This document shows positions 42,743 to 53,951 of a DNA stretch of 64,000 nucleotides, in pieces. Every line of letters begins with the position of its first letter. The first letter of the stretch is position 1. The DNA comes from Hyphomicrobiales bacterium (GTDB lineage: Bacteria; Pseudomonadota; Alphaproteobacteria; JAPOUT01). Under the pieces are notes generated by a model, which made no database searches, had not been told where the DNA came from, and saw only the letters and a list, made by a program, of their open reading frames with translations. A program made the translations under genes and the position numbers. Location: NCBI GenBank assembly GCA_026708545.1, contig JAPOUT010000001.1, positions 3,410-67,409 on the forward strand, written 5' to 3'.

Positions 42743-43900
42743 ATGACCCCGCCTTATGCTTTGCGCGTGTTTTGCGCAACCGTTTTCACGCTTGTCCTTG
42801 CGTTTGAGGCGCTCGCGCAGGAAAATGCCGAGGCACCACCTCCCAAAGTTTTGACAGTTGAGGTTGGCGTTGCCAGCACACCTATCGAACGCGACTATCC
42901 GGCGAGAACGGTTGCGACGCGAAGTGTTTCATTGCTAGCGCAAGTTAGTGGAATCATTACAGAGCGCGCTTTCGAAGAAGGCGCTTTTGTCGAGCAAGAT
43001 ACACTACTTTATGTTATCGACCCCGAATCCTACCAAATCGCACTCGACCAAGCTCGAGCTCGAGTGAACTCGGCGCGCGCAAGCTCGTCATTCGCGCAAA
43101 CCGAGATCGACCGCTTTACACCTCTCGCGGAGGAAAACATCACTTCGCGCCAGAAATTGCAACAACTGACCGAGCAACTCGACAGTGCTCTTGCCCTCGT
43201 TGAGGTCGCTCTCGCCGAACGTGACGCCGCTGAGTTGGCGCTTCGACGCACACGCGTCAAAACGCCCTTGTCTGGACGGATGGGATTGGCAGTGGCGGAT
43301 GTCGGCGATTTGGTTATTGCCAACCAAACACCTTTAACAACATTGGTACAATGGAATCCGATTGAGATTCACTTTCGCCCTCCCGCGCGCGACTTGTCCT
43401 TGATTGAAAAACATCATGCGCTTGCGCCTTTGGAAGTGAGCGTATTTCTCTCAAAGTCCGGCGACAATGATAACGACACCGGCGAGATGGCGGGGCATGT
43501 TTTTATCGGAAAAGGCGTGCTTGATTTCATCGATAATGAGGTTTCCCCTTCGACCGATACGATTCTGATGCGTGCACACGTGGATAATCCTGATGCAAAA
43601 CTCCGTCCGGGGCAGTTTGCGCGCGCACGTGTGCATATAAGCGAGCGCGAAAGCTTGCTTGTGCCGCGCAAGGCGATAAAACAACATCAAGAAGGACACC
43701 TTCTTTATGTTGTTGGTGACAACGACACAATTCAAATGCGCAAGGTGAAACTCGGTGACGTTTTTGGCAAGCAACATATCATTCTCGAAGGTGTCGAGCA
43801 GGGCGAGCGTGTTGTCGTCTCCGATACTACTTGGCTCCATGAGGGTATGAAGGTCGAATCTCACGAAGAAAACAACGACAATACTCCCTCGCAACCATGA
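42743..43900 (+). CDS. RND efflux periplasmic adaptor (membrane fusion protein)
   Basis: Signal/anchor sequence, coiled-coil hairpin region, and beta-barrel C-terminus typical of the HlyD/AcrA family. Confidence 0.8.
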   Translation: MTPPYALRVFCATVFTLVLAFEALAQENAEAPPPKVLTVEVGVASTPIERDYPARTVATRSVSLLAQVSGIITERAFEEGAFVEQDTLLYVIDPESYQIALDQARARVNSARASSSFAQTEIDRFTPLAEENITSRQKLQQLTEQLDSALALVEVALAERDAAELALRRTRVKTPLSGRMGLAVADVGDLVIANQTPLTTLVQWNPIEIHFRPPARDLSLIEKHHALAPLEVSVFLSKSGDNDNDTGEMAGHVFIGKGVLDFIDNEVSPSTDTILMRAHVDNPDAKLRPGQFARARVHISERESLLVPRKAIKQHQEGHLLYVVGDNDTIQMRKVKLGDVFGKQHIILEGVEQGERVVVSDTTWLHEGMKVESHEENNDNTPSQP

Positions 43901-46900
43901 GCGGATTTTTTATTAAGCGTCCAATATTTGCCGGCGTTGTTGCGATATTGACGTTATTGTTCGGCCTGTTTGCGATATATTTGATGCCGATCGACCGCTT
44001 TCCCCCGGTGGCCCCGCCGGTGATATCGGTTGCAGCAAGTTATCCGGGCGCGAGTGCCGAGATTGTCGCCGAAACGGTCACAACACCGCTTGAACAGGCT
44101 ATAAACGGTGCCCGAGGAATGTTGTACATGTCATCGAGCAGTGCGAACTCCGGGCAGTCTTCGATTTCGATTACCTTCGAGAACGGTTATGATATTGACC
44201 TCGCTGCGGTGGATGTGCAGAACCGAATCCAAAGTGTCTTGCAGAGTTTACCAGAGATAACGAGGCGGGCGGGTGTGCGTGTCGATAAAGCCGGAACTTC
44301 GGTCACACTGGTCGTCAATCTATTTGCTCCGGATTCTCGCTACGATGAAATCTTTTTAAGCAATTACGCCGACCTTCACATTGTTGATGTGCTAAGCCGC
44401 ATCCCCGGCGTGGGGCAAGTGCTCATCTTCGGAGAAAAGAAATACGCGCTTCGGATTTGGCTGGATGCGGACAAAATGGCGGCGCTCCAACTCGCCCCTA
44501 ATGACGTCATTGCTGCCATTCAAGACCAGAACCAACAAGTCGGCGCCGGCACCATCGGACAAAACCCGGCCCCGCGAGGACAAGCCTTCGAATACCCGCT
44601 CATCGCACAAGGACGCCTTGAAGAGATTGAGGAGTTTGAGAAAATCATCATCCGTGCATCGGCGGACGGATCCGTGCTGCGGCTTTCGGATATCGCCACT
44701 ATCGAGCTTGGCGCCGAGAATTATGACGGTTTTACACAGTTTTCCAACCAGCCGACTGTTGCAATTGCGGTGTTTCAGTTGCCGGATGCCAACGGACTTG
44801 AAGTATCCAGTGCAGTCCACGAGGCGGTTTCAAAACTCTCCGAAAATTTTCCCGAAGGTGTTGAGCACGGAATCCTCTACGACACCACCGTCTACATCAG
44901 TCAATCGATAAGTGATGTTCTTGCGGCATTGCGTGATGCCATCATCCTTGTTGTGATTGTCGTGATTGTGTTTTTGCACAATTGGCGCTCGAGCGTCATT
45001 CCGATAATTGCGATACCGGTCTCGTTGATTGGAGCGTTTACTTTTATGTTGGCGTTGGGCTTTTCAATAAATCTGCTGACAATGCTGGGAATTGTCCTTG
45101 CGGTTGGCTTGGTCGTTGATGATGCGATCGTTGTGGTTGAAAACGTTGACCGACGGCGACGCCTGAACGGAAGCGTTTCGATTTATGAGACAGTTCGATC
45201 TGCAATGAGTGAGGTCACAGGACCCATCTTGACGACGACCGCTGTATTGCTTGCGGTATTCGTACCTATATCACTACAACCGGGTGTGACAGGAGAACTG
45301 TATTACGAATTTGCACTCACGATTGCGATCGCGTTGACAATTTCTTCTTTTAATTCTCTGACGCTAAGCCCCGCCTTGTGTGCGTTGCTGTTTCGCAATC
45401 AACCGGTTTCAAACGCAAAGGATGGATCAAGTTGGTCACCGCTGGCGTGGTTTGACAAGGGATTTGAGCGTGTACGTGACGTTTACATGGTGTTTGTTGA
45501 GCAACTCATCCGGGCACGATGGATTGTGATACTGATTTTTCTCGGTGCGCTCGGGTTGACATTGTACATCTTCGAGAAAACGCCGAGTTCTTTCTTGCCC
45601 CAGGAGGATCAGGGTTTTTTGCTTGCGAATGCAGCGCTTCCCGCAGGAAGCTCCCTCGAGCGCACCGAAGCTATAGCGCGCGAGGCAACCGATATGATGC
45701 TGGATACGCCCGGGATTATTTCAGTGATTACCGTGGGCGGACTTGACCTTCTCAACAATGTGAGCGCTTCGAACACGGCAACTTTTTTTATTGTACTCGA
45801 TAGCTGGGACAATCGCGCCGAAAATCCGGGACAGGATTTAGGCACGATACTGACATCTCTACACGCCAAGTTTAAAGAGATTAAGGATGCAACAGTTGTG
45901 CCGTTTAACGTACCTGCGATTCCAGAGTTGAGTTTAGTGAGCGGTTTTTCATATCAACTGCAAGACACGCAACATGCGGGACCTGAAGCGTTACAAATGG
46001 CGGTTCAATCGTTGCTGCAAGAAGCAAGCATGCGCGAGGAACTCGGTTTTATTTTCACGACCTATTCAGTATCGAAACCTCGTTATGAGGTTGATATTGA
46101 CAGGGAAAAATTGTTTAAAATGGGAATTCGCTTGAGTGATGTTTTTGATGCATTGCAAATTTATCTTGGTTCGTTTTATGTGAATGACTTTAACAAATTC
46201 GGTCGAGTGTATCGCGTGATTGTTCAAGCCCGGGAGGAACAGCGTGCAGATATTGAAGACGTGAAGCTTCCGCGCATTCGAAGCAACACAGGTGAAATGA
46301 TACCGTTGGCGTCACTGTTGTCGCTGCGTCCAACGGTCTCACCGACAAGCATCTCGCATTATAATCTCTATCCCTCGGTCTCGATAACGGGTTCGGCGGC
46401 GGAGGGATACAGTTCCTCGGAGACGATTGATGCAATGCGGGAGATTTCCGAGAAAGTACTGCCCGGGGGGTTTTCATTTGAGTGGAGCGGCGTAACATTC
46501 CAAGAAATTCGCTCGGGTGCGACAGCACCTATCATTTTCGCGCTTGCACCCTTAATGGTGTTTTTGTTCCTAGCGGCGTTTTATGAGAGTTGGACAATGC
46601 CATTTATGATCCTGCTGAACACGCCGATGGCACTGCTGGGGGCGCTACTGTCGCTCAACCTCGTCGGTTTGCAACTGGATGTATATGCGCAAATTGGAAT
46701 TATCATGCTTGTTGGTTTATCGGCAAAGAATGCCATACTCATCGTTGAGTTCGCGCGGGTTCGTCGAGAGCAGGGTGAAAGCATTGAGGATGCCGCCCTT
46801 GCCGCCGCGCGAGACAGGCTGCGCCCGGTCCTGATGACGGGTTTTGCATTTATTTTGGGGGTTATTCCATTATTCACGACGGGCGGCGCAGGAGCCGCGT

Positions 46901-47040
46901 CTCGTGCATCAATCGGAATTACGGTGTTTGGTGGAATGCTCGCGGCAACGATTTTAAGTGTATTGTTGGCCCCCGTGTTTTATGTGGTAATTCAGAGTCT
47001 GACCGAACGCTGGGGTCACCCTGGGCAGAGCCCTCGTTAA
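43897..47040 (+). CDS. RND efflux transporter, AcrB/HAE1 family
   Basis: 1047 aa. Twelve transmembrane helices and two large periplasmic loops; begins [17 protein letters not shown]; overlaps the adaptor stop. Confidence 0.9.
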   Translation: MSGFFIKRPIFAGVVAILTLLFGLFAIYLMPIDRFPPVAPPVISVAASYPGASAEIVAETVTTPLEQAINGARGMLYMSSSSANSGQSSISITFENGYDIDLAAVDVQNRIQSVLQSLPEITRRAGVRVDKAGTSVTLVVNLFAPDSRYDEIFLSNYADLHIVDVLSRIPGVGQVLIFGEKKYALRIWLDADKMAALQLAPNDVIAAIQDQNQQVGAGTIGQNPAPRGQAFEYPLIAQGRLEEIEEFEKIIIRASADGSVLRLSDIATIELGAENYDGFTQFSNQPTVAIAVFQLPDANGLEVSSAVHEAVSKLSENFPEGVEHGILYDTTVYISQSISDVLAALRDAIILVVIVVIVFLHNWRSSVIPIIAIPVSLIGAFTFMLALGFSINLLTMLGIVLAVGLVVDDAIVVVENVDRRRRLNGSVSIYETVRSAMSEVTGPILTTTAVLLAVFVPISLQPGVTGELYYEFALTIAIALTISSFNSLTLSPALCALLFRNQPVSNAKDGSSWSPLAWFDKGFERVRDVYMVFVEQLIRARWIVILIFLGALGLTLYIFEKTPSSFLPQEDQGFLLANAALPAGSSLERTEAIAREATDMMLDTPGIISVITVGGLDLLNNVSASNTATFFIVLDSWDNRAENPGQDLGTILTSLHAKFKEIKDATVVPFNVPAIPELSLVSGFSYQLQDTQHAGPEALQMAVQSLLQEASMREELGFIFTTYSVSKPRYEVDIDREKLFKMGIRLSDVFDALQIYLGSFYVNDFNKFGRVYRVIVQAREEQRADIEDVKLPRIRSNTGEMIPLASLLSLRPTVSPTSISHYNLYPSVSITGSAAEGYSSSETIDAMREISEKVLPGGFSFEWSGVTFQEIRSGATAPIIFALAPLMVFLFLAAFYESWTMPFMILLNTPMALLGALLSLNLVGLQLDVYAQIGIIMLVGLSAKNAILIVEFARVRREQGESIEDAALAAARDRLRPVLMTGFAFILGVIPLFTTGGAGAASRASIGITVFGGMLAATILSVLLAPVFYVVIQSLTERWGHPGQSPR

Positions 47041-47160
47041 GAACAAATATGAAAGAATTTTTATGGTCAGCAAAATAATACTTCCTCGATTCGAACGGCT
47101 ATTCGATATAAAGTAAGTTAGCAGGGGATTCCCACACAAATATCACCCACGAGGATAACA

Positions 47161-47727
47161 ATGGTTAAAATAAATGGCAACGAAGTACGCCCGGGCAACA
47201 TCATCGAACACAAAGGAAGTTTGTGGAGTGTAGTGAAGTTGCGGCATGTGAAACCGGGCAAAGGTGGGGCGTTCGCGCAAGTTGAATTAAAGAGTGTACT
47301 GGACGGAACGAAGTTGAACGAACGTTTCCGCTCGTCGCAAACGATTGAGCGTGTGCGACTGGAACAGAAGAAATGCCAGTTTCTCTACGCGGATGGCGAC
47401 ATGTTGAATTTCATGGATAAGGAGAGCTTTGAACAGGTATCGCTCGGGAGCGAATTGGTCGGGGAAAGTGTGGCTTATCTGCTTGAGGGGATGGAGGTCT
47501 CATTGGAAAGTTACGAGGGCAGGTTCGTCGGGATTGAGTTGCCCGACCAAGTTACCCTTGAGGTGAAGGAGACGGAGCCTTTTATTAAAGGACAAACAGC
47601 CGCATCTTCGAATAAACCGGCGTTATTAGAGAATGGAGTGCGTGTGATGGTTCCACCGTTTGTATCGGTTGGAGACAAGGTTATCGTTGACACGCGCGAT
47701 GGTAATTACATCCGTCCGGCAGAATGA
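47161..47727 (+). CDS. efp: elongation factor P
   Basis: 188 aa with KPGKGGAF and three OB-like domains. Confidence 0.9.
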   Translation: MVKINGNEVRPGNIIEHKGSLWSVVKLRHVKPGKGGAFAQVELKSVLDGTKLNERFRSSQTIERVRLEQKKCQFLYADGDMLNFMDKESFEQVSLGSELVGESVAYLLEGMEVSLESYEGRFVGIELPDQVTLEVKETEPFIKGQTAASSNKPALLENGVRVMVPPFVSVGDKVIVDTRDGNYIRPAE

Positions 47728-48533
47728 GTCGTTACGCTGCAACGTTATCGCCGTTGCTTGGTATTATGACAGCGGCGGCGCGCAAAGCTGCGTTAGGGGT
47801 GTTGCGAGATTTTCGCGAGGTATCGCAGTTGCAGGTATCAAAAAAAGGACCGGCGGATTTTGTTACAAGTGCAGACAAGAGGGCGGATGAAGTTTTGCGC
47901 GAGGAGTTATCACGTGCACGTCCGGACTACGGCTTTCTCACCGAGGAAGGTGAAACTATCGAGGGCGCCGACTCCGAGCACTGCTGGATTATTGATCCCA
48001 TTGATGGCACGCTAAACTTTCTGCACAGTTTACCGTCTTTTGCCATATCAATGGCGTTGACTTATCGTGGCGATGTTGTCTGCGGTGTGACTTACGATCC
48101 GGTTTTGGATGAGATTTTCTACGCGGAGAAAGGGAAGGGGGCATATCTTAATGACAAGCGTATGAGAGTATCGGCACGCGTATCAATGGAGGAGGCATTG
48201 ATAGCAGCAGCCTCGAGCGGGTTCGCGCGACCGGAACGCGAACGTTTCTTTCGAGAAACGGAGGCGGTCTCGAGTAAAGCGGCCGGACTGCGGAGTAGCG
48301 GTTGTGCGTCGTTAAACCTCTCCTATGTTGCGGCGGGGAGATTTGATGGTTACTGGGAGCGCCATCTTCAGGCATGGGATATTGCGGCAGGGATAGTCTT
48401 GCTACGCGAGGCCGGGGGGATTGTCTCAGAGCCAAATGGCGGGGATAAAATGCTGGAGAGCGGCGCGATTTTAGCGGCGAATCCGAGATTACACAGGTTG
48501 TTGGCCGAAGTGTTGCGCGAAACTCATACTTGA
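47724..48533 (+). CDS. suhB: inositol monophosphatase family protein
   Basis: IMPase motifs (WIIDPIDGT, and a WDIAAG-like [10 protein letters not shown]). Confidence 0.8.
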   Translation: MSRYAATLSPLLGIMTAAARKAALGVLRDFREVSQLQVSKKGPADFVTSADKRADEVLREELSRARPDYGFLTEEGETIEGADSEHCWIIDPIDGTLNFLHSLPSFAISMALTYRGDVVCGVTYDPVLDEIFYAEKGKGAYLNDKRMRVSARVSMEEALIAAASSGFARPERERFFRETEAVSSKAAGLRSSGCASLNLSYVAAGRFDGYWERHLQAWDIAAGIVLLREAGGIVSEPNGGDKMLESGAILAANPRLHRLLAEVLRETHT

Positions 48534-48595
48534 CTTGACGATAATGGCTTGTAAAGTGACGCAGTTTGCATCACTTGTGATTAGGAAGGAAAAAT

Positions 48596-50260
48596 ATGTC
48601 GGATATAGAAATTGCCCGTAAAGCAAGTTTGCGCCCGATTCCCGAGATAGCGGCGAAGTTGGGAATAAATGAGGAATCGTTGATCCCGATGGGGCGTTCG
48701 GTTGCGAAACTGGATTTGGACTTCATCAACAAACTTGATGAGCGCCCGGACGGCAAACTGGTATTGGTCACGGCGATGACTCCCACGGCTGCCGGTGAAG
48801 GCAAGACAACAACGACGGTCGGATTGGGTGACGCGCTGAATCGTATCGGCAAGCGGACAGCAATATGTCTGCGCGAGCCGAGCTTGGGTCCCTGTTTCGG
48901 TATGAAGGGAGGGGCGGCCGGCGGAGGTTATGCGCAAGTTGTTCCGATGGAGACGATTAACCTGCATTTCACCGGTGACTTTCATGCGATATCGGCAGCA
49001 CATAATCTTTTGGCTGCGATGACGGATAATCACATTTACTGGGACAACAAACTGAATTTGGACACGCGAAGGATTGACTGGGGTCGTGTTGTAGATATGA
49101 ACGACAGAGCGCTTCGAAACATCACGGTCGCGCTAGGGGGTGTTGCCAACGGCTTCCCGAGACAGTCCCGTTATGACATCACCGTTGCATCGGAAATAAT
49201 GGCAATATTGTGTTTGGCGAAGAATCTCGAGGACTTGGAGGAACGTTTGGGGGACATCATCGTCGGACAGACTCGCGCGAAGGAAGGAGTAACAGCGAAG
49301 GAGTTGGAGGCGGCCGGTGCGATGACGTGCCTATTGCGCGACGCTCTTGCGCCGAATTTAGTTCAAACCCTAGAGAACAATCCGGCATTTGTGCACGGCG
49401 GACCGTTCGCCAACATTGCGCACGGATGTAATTCGGTAATGGCAACGAAGTCTGCATTGAAGCTAGCGGATTATGTTGTCACGGAAGCCGGCTTTGGCGC
49501 GGACTTGGGAGCGGAGAAATTTTTCGACATTAAATGCCGCAGCGCTGACTTACGTCCGAGCGCTGCAGTGATAGTAGCAACGGCACGTGCATTGAAAATG
49601 CATGGAGGTGTAAAGCAGGCAGATTTGGGTAAAGAGAATGTGGATGCGGTTCGTGACGGCTTGGCGAATTTGGGGCGCCATATTCATAATGTTAAGCGGT
49701 TTGGAATTCCCGTGGTTGTCGCACTGAATGCATTTTCGGCCGACACGTCTGCGGAAATTGCGGCGGTTCGCGAGTTTTGCAAGAGTCTGGATGTCCCAAT
49801 GTCGGAGGCACGCCACTGGGCAGAAGGCGGAGCCGGTGCGGAAGACTTGGCTCGCCTAGTTGTGACAGCGGTCGAGGAAGGAGGGGCATTTCATCCGTTA
49901 TACGGGGATGATGTTCCTCTGTGGCGCAAGGCTCAGACAATTGCGCGCGAGATTTACGGGGCGGATGACATCATTGCGGATAAGCGTGTGAGAGAACAAT
50001 TTCGCGCCTATCAAGACGGCGGTTTTGGAAACTTTCCTATTTGCATGGCGAAAACTCAATATAGTTTTTCAACCGATCCGGAGCGCAAGGGTGCGCCGGA
50101 TGATCATGTCACGCCGATACGCGAGATTCGCCTAGCCGCGGGCGCGCGGTTTTTGGTTGTAATATGTGGCGAGATAATGACGATGCCGGGCTTGCCTCGT
50201 CGTCCTGCAGCTTGTGATATTGGATTGGACGGGGATGGACAGATTTATGGATTGTTTTAG
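48596..50260 (+). CDS. fhs: formate--tetrahydrofolate ligase
   Basis: 554 aa with P-loop [16 protein letters not shown] and FTHS family sequence throughout. Confidence 0.9.
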   Translation: MSDIEIARKASLRPIPEIAAKLGINEESLIPMGRSVAKLDLDFINKLDERPDGKLVLVTAMTPTAAGEGKTTTTVGLGDALNRIGKRTAICLREPSLGPCFGMKGGAAGGGYAQVVPMETINLHFTGDFHAISAAHNLLAAMTDNHIYWDNKLNLDTRRIDWGRVVDMNDRALRNITVALGGVANGFPRQSRYDITVASEIMAILCLAKNLEDLEERLGDIIVGQTRAKEGVTAKELEAAGAMTCLLRDALAPNLVQTLENNPAFVHGGPFANIAHGCNSVMATKSALKLADYVVTEAGFGADLGAEKFFDIKCRSADLRPSAAVIVATARALKMHGGVKQADLGKENVDAVRDGLANLGRHIHNVKRFGIPVVVALNAFSADTSAEIAAVREFCKSLDVPMSEARHWAEGGAGAEDLARLVVTAVEEGGAFHPLYGDDVPLWRKAQTIAREIYGADDIIADKRVREQFRAYQDGGFGNFPICMAKTQYSFSTDPERKGAPDDHVTPIREIRLAAGARFLVVICGEIMTMPGLPRRPAACDIGLDGDGQIYGLF

Positions 50261-50373
50261 AATATTTATACGATTTTTTGGCATATATCACTGGAGTGAT
50301 TGGCGTTAAATGGGCTTTTTTGGTAAATTGCGGCTGATAGAGACATCGTCCCATTAAATTTCTTTAACGTTTG

Positions 50374-50402
50374 TTGACTTAGATATGAGAATCACCTACA
50401 CT
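50374..50402 (+). promoter_or_regulatory. putative sigma70-type promoter TTGACT-17-TACACT upstream of the DUF3800 gene
   Basis: Hexamers read directly; the predicted start site is near 50409-50411. Confidence 0.35.
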
Positions 50403-50418
50403 CGGGTTGCGGTTGGGA

Positions 50419-50471
50419 GACCTGCCTTAGCAGGTCGCTGGAACTGATTGTTCCACTCGGCCGCCTTTTTT
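50419..50471 (+). ncRNA. structured leader or candidate small RNA: two perfect hairpins (GACCTGC-CTTA-GCAGGTC and TGGAAC-TGATT-GTTCCA) followed by a T6 run that abuts the DUF3800 ATG
   Basis: Stems and T-run read directly. The ATG follows 2 nt after the T-run, and no Shine-Dalgarno is recognisable. Confidence 0.3.
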
Positions 50472-50472
50472 C

Positions 50473-51216
50473 ATGTATCTCCTTTATCTAGACGATTCGG
50501 GCTCTGTTTCGAACCCTGCCGAGAGTTATTTCATCCTCGCGGGAGTTGCGATTCATGAGCACATACCTCACAAGTATGAAAAGGCGATGGATGATATTAT
50601 TGCCTCTGTTTGGCCAGGCAATCCACGCTCCATTGAGTTTCGAGGTAGTGATATTTTTAACGGGCGAAAACGTTGGCGTAGCGTGGAGAAAGATGTTCGC
50701 ATACATGCTTACGAGCAAACGCTGAATATCTTAGAAGGGTTTGATTCCGAACAAGCAAGGTTGTTTGGTGCTGTGATTCACAAAGCAGCGCCATCGCTAC
50801 GAGATCCGATGGAATATGCGTTCGAACAATTATGTAGTCGTTTTGATCAATTTTTAAGACGGCTGTATAAATCGGGAGAAGACCAACAAGGCTTAATTAT
50901 CTTGGACAATTCTACCTATGAGACTCATTTGCAAAATCTAGCAATAAACTTTCGCAACACAGGACATACTTGGGGACGTCTCCTCAGGCTTGCGGAGGTG
51001 CCTCTGTTTGTCGACTCTAAAGCAACGCGACTGATACAATTTGCCGACTTGGTTGCCTATGCCTTGCGGCAGTATTACGAACGTAAAGACCCTCGTTATT
51101 TTGATTTGATTTCCCACAAATTTGATAATGTAGGCGGTATTGTCCATGGCTTGATCCACCATGTCCCCTCAAACCAGTCTTGTGATTGTCCTTCTTGTAT
51201 ACGCAGGTCAAGTTAG
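50473..51216 (+). CDS. DUF3800-family protein (uncharacterised; putative RNase-H-like-fold enzyme)
   Basis: N-terminal YLDDSG motif and C-terminal QFADLVAYA motif typical of DUF3800; C-terminal CDCPSC cluster. About 40-45% GC against a roughly 58% background. Confidence 0.7.
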   Translation: MYLLYLDDSGSVSNPAESYFILAGVAIHEHIPHKYEKAMDDIIASVWPGNPRSIEFRGSDIFNGRKRWRSVEKDVRIHAYEQTLNILEGFDSEQARLFGAVIHKAAPSLRDPMEYAFEQLCSRFDQFLRRLYKSGEDQQGLIILDNSTYETHLQNLAINFRNTGHTWGRLLRLAEVPLFVDSKATRLIQFADLVAYALRQYYERKDPRYFDLISHKFDNVGGIVHGLIHHVPSNQSCDCPSCIRRSS

Positions 51217-51312
51217 TTTTTAAATTAGTCCGCACAGCTGAAGCGCTCGAGTTTGCTGAAAATTCTTTTTGCTTATTTGTTTTTTGAGAATCCCTAATGC
51301 TATACTCCTTCA

Positions 51313-52479
51313 ATGTCCCAAAAAATCCTCCTTACAGTTGCGCTTGCTGTTTTCGCTCTTTTGTCTGCCTGCGCTCTTCTTCCTGAGCGCTTCTCTGTCA
51401 ATGCGCCTTGGCTGCAGGAGTTTTTTGCCCGCGCGCAGGCTCCCGACCAAACAACGCTCAACTCGAAAATCCAACTTCCGCCGGGATATTCGATATCCGT
51501 GTTTGCTGAAAATCTTGACGATCCGCGCATGCTCTTATGGGTCAACGCAAACCTTCTTGTCTCAACCCCATCAAGCCGCACGGTAAAACTGCTTCGGCCG
51601 AACGCGCAAAGAACGCATATCGAGTCTGTCGAAACACTGTTCTCGGGTCTCAACTTTCCCCACGGAATCGAATACCATGGGGGTAAACTCTATATCGCCG
51701 CACAAGATACAATCTATCAGGCCGATTTTGATGCACAAAACGGCGTGGCGACATCAACACTGCAACCAATCGCTTCAATGCCGGAGCGAGGCGGCCACTG
51801 GACCCGAACAATAAAACGCGGACCTGATAATCTTCTGTATGTCGGCGTCGGTTCATCATGCAATGTCTGCGAAGAAGATGATGAACGTCGCGCGGCGCTT
51901 CTTACGATCGATCCAAACACGCATGCACTCGAGGTATACGCGTCCGGCCTGCGCAACACAGTCGGGTGGGATTGGCGCGCGTCTGACAATGCGCTTTACG
52001 GCGTCGACAACGGACGCGACCTCCTCGGTGACGATGTCCCTCCCGACGAACTGAATCGAATTGAGAAAGGCGGTTTCTACGGCTGGCCCTATTTGTACGG
52101 CGATAATGTTCCCGATCCCGACTACGGTGATATTCCTGATCCCCGCATTGCCGGGGCAATCCCGCCCGAACATGGCTTTCAAGCCCACGTTGCGCCTCTG
52201 TCTTTAAAGTTTTTGGAAAATCAACTTCCGGGACTGGAAAATGCCGCCCTTGTTGCGTTGCATGGCTCGTGGAATCGAAGTTCCAAAGTTGGATACAAAC
52301 TGGTCTCATTGCATTGGGATGATAACGACAACATCGAAGAGCGTGACTTCGCTACTGGTTTTGAAGAAAACGAAAATGTGTTCGGTCGTCCGGTCGATAT
52401 TGCCGAGGGACCCGATAATGCGCTTTACGTCTCCGATGATTTCGCCGGCGTGATTTATCGCATTGCGTTCAACGAATGA
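51313..52479 (+). CDS. PQQ-dependent sugar (glucose/sorbosone) dehydrogenase-family lipoprotein
   Basis: Lipobox LLSAC and beta-propeller GSDH-like motifs (HGIEYHGGKLYIA, GWPYLYGDN). Confidence 0.75.
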   Translation: MSQKILLTVALAVFALLSACALLPERFSVNAPWLQEFFARAQAPDQTTLNSKIQLPPGYSISVFAENLDDPRMLLWVNANLLVSTPSSRTVKLLRPNAQRTHIESVETLFSGLNFPHGIEYHGGKLYIAAQDTIYQADFDAQNGVATSTLQPIASMPERGGHWTRTIKRGPDNLLYVGVGSSCNVCEEDDERRAALLTIDPNTHALEVYASGLRNTVGWDWRASDNALYGVDNGRDLLGDDVPPDELNRIEKGGFYGWPYLYGDNVPDPDYGDIPDPRIAGAIPPEHGFQAHVAPLSLKFLENQLPGLENAALVALHGSWNRSSKVGYKLVSLHWDDNDNIEERDFATGFEENENVFGRPVDIAEGPDNALYVSDDFAGVIYRIAFNE

Positions 52480-53951
52480 GCGATTCGCTCTCCGAGGCCA
52501 TTCTTGACACCGCTGTTATAGAGGAGTTGCCTTGGCAAGCCGAACCGCACGACATGTTCGCGCCCATTGCACAACATCCTTTCGCAATGTTCCTGGATTC
52601 CTCCGATACCGAACATACGTCCGGACGATGGAGCATTCTCGTCTGCGAGCCTTTTGAAACTGTTTCTTTAAGTGCGCGCACCAATCCCAATCCTTTTGAG
52701 GTTTTGCGCACTCGAATGTCACGCTTTAGGATATCGCCGCGCTGGCGTGCTGAACTCACCGAGCGGTTGCAAAATGAACCGCCTCCGTTCTTAGGCGGCG
52801 CAATGGGCTTGTTCGGTTATGAACTCGCCGCCTGTTTGGAATCACTGCCAAACATGCCACGCAATAAGCACCACGCCGATATGGTTGTCGGCCTGTATGA
52901 CTCATTGCTTGCGTTTGACTATCGTACCAAGCGCGTCTTTTCGGTCTCGACCGGCCTGCGCGAATCGAAAAGCGCCGCGCGGGCGAATTTGTCACGTTAT
53001 TGGGCGGAGCGCTGGCGTACACGCATGGCGCACGCCGCCCAGGTCAAACACAAACGCAATCCTGCAAGCACCCCGCCCGCAGGAGTTGCACATTGGCGCA
53101 GCAATTTCACCCGCGATTCATACGAGACCGCCGTTGCCCGCATCGTTCGGTATATTCGGGCCGGCGACATTTTTCAGGCAAATCTGTCGCGCCGCTTCGA
53201 GTTACATTTGGATTCCGACGATTCCGCCTTTACTTTCTACCGACGCTTGCAAGAAATCTCTCCGGCGCCCTTCTCCGCATTTTTGAATCTGGGCAAACGC
53301 GCAATATTGTCGTCCTCTCCAGAACGCTTTCTCGAAAACCGATCCGGCCGCATTCGCGCACAACCCATCAAGGGAACACGTCCGCGCGGAGCCTCTCCTA
53401 AGCAAGATCGTGCCAATGCCGTTGAGTTACTCAACAGCGCCAAAGACAAAGCCGAAAACATCATGATTGCCGATTTACTGCGAAACGATATTTCCAAAGT
53501 TGCCCTGCCTTGCTCGGTCGGCGTCGCAAGTTTGTGCGCACTCGAACAATTCGCCAACGTGCATCACCTTGTCTCAACCGTCACAGGAGAATTGCGCGAC
53601 AAATTCGATAGCCTCGACTTGCTTGCCGCATGCTTTCCGGGCGGTTCGATAACCGGCGCACCAAAACCCCGCGCCATGGAAATCATCTCCGAACTCGAGG
53701 GTGTTGAGCGAGGCGCCTATTGCGGCGCAATCGGCTACATAGGCTTCGATGACTCAATGGATGCATCTATCGCAATTCGCACTATCTCAATGTCCGGAAA
53801 CGTTGCAAATTTTCATGTCGGCGGCGGCGTCGTGCTCGACTCAAACCCCTCGAGCGAATATGAAGAAACCGTTGCCAAAGGCTGGGCGATGGCGCGGGCC
53901 TTGAGCAACGAAGCAGAGAGGCTGTTCACCGGCGAGAAGGTTGTGCAATGA
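52476..53951 (+). CDS. pabB: aminodeoxychorismate synthase component I
   Basis: Chorismate-binding enzyme C-terminus (GAPKPRAMEIISELEG..RGAYCGAIGY). Neighbouring GATase and class-IV lyase genes favour PabB over TrpE. Confidence 0.8.
   Translation: MSDSLSEAILDTAVIEELPWQAEPHDMFAPIAQHPFAMFLDSSDTEHTSGRWSILVCEPFETVSLSARTNPNPFEVLRTRMSRFRISPRWRAELTERLQNEPPPFLGGAMGLFGYELAACLESLPNMPRNKHHADMVVGLYDSLLAFDYRTKRVFSVSTGLRESKSAARANLSRYWAERWRTRMAHAAQVKHKRNPASTPPAGVAHWRSNFTRDSYETAVARIVRYIRAGDIFQANLSRRFELHLDSDDSAFTFYRRLQEISPAPFSAFLNLGKRAILSSSPERFLENRSGRIRAQPIKGTRPRGASPKQDRANAVELLNSAKDKAENIMIADLLRNDISKVALPCSVGVASLCALEQFANVHHLVSTVTGELRDKFDSLDLLAACFPGGSITGAPKPRAMEIISELEGVERGAYCGAIGYIGFDDSMDASIAIRTISMSGNVANFHVGGGVVLDSNPSSEYEETVAKGWAMARALSNEAERLFTGEKVVQ

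Noticed and set aside
47161-50260. Suspicion that efp, suhB and fhs lie in a broad low-GC foreign block
   Set aside because: Hand counts on sampled lines in efp gave 43% and 57%, and one line in fhs gave 60%. Lines in the DUF3800 gene and in the MFS and LysE genes of the island gave clearly low values, 28-45%. No broad block was claimed for efp-fhs.
50261-50370. Intrinsic terminator for fhs (ATCAC-TGGA-GTGAT hairpin, and a T6 run near 50316)
   Set aside because: The hairpin is AT-rich, only 5 bp, and is not directly followed by the T-run. The T-run is preceded by only a weak GGGC. Too weak to call.
50405-50472. Possible tRNA or tmRNA fragment acting as an integration site next to the DUF3800 gene
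   Set aside because: No GTTCRA T-loop, no acceptor stem with a CCA end, and no cloverleaf could be built. It is interpreted instead as hairpins plus a T-run.
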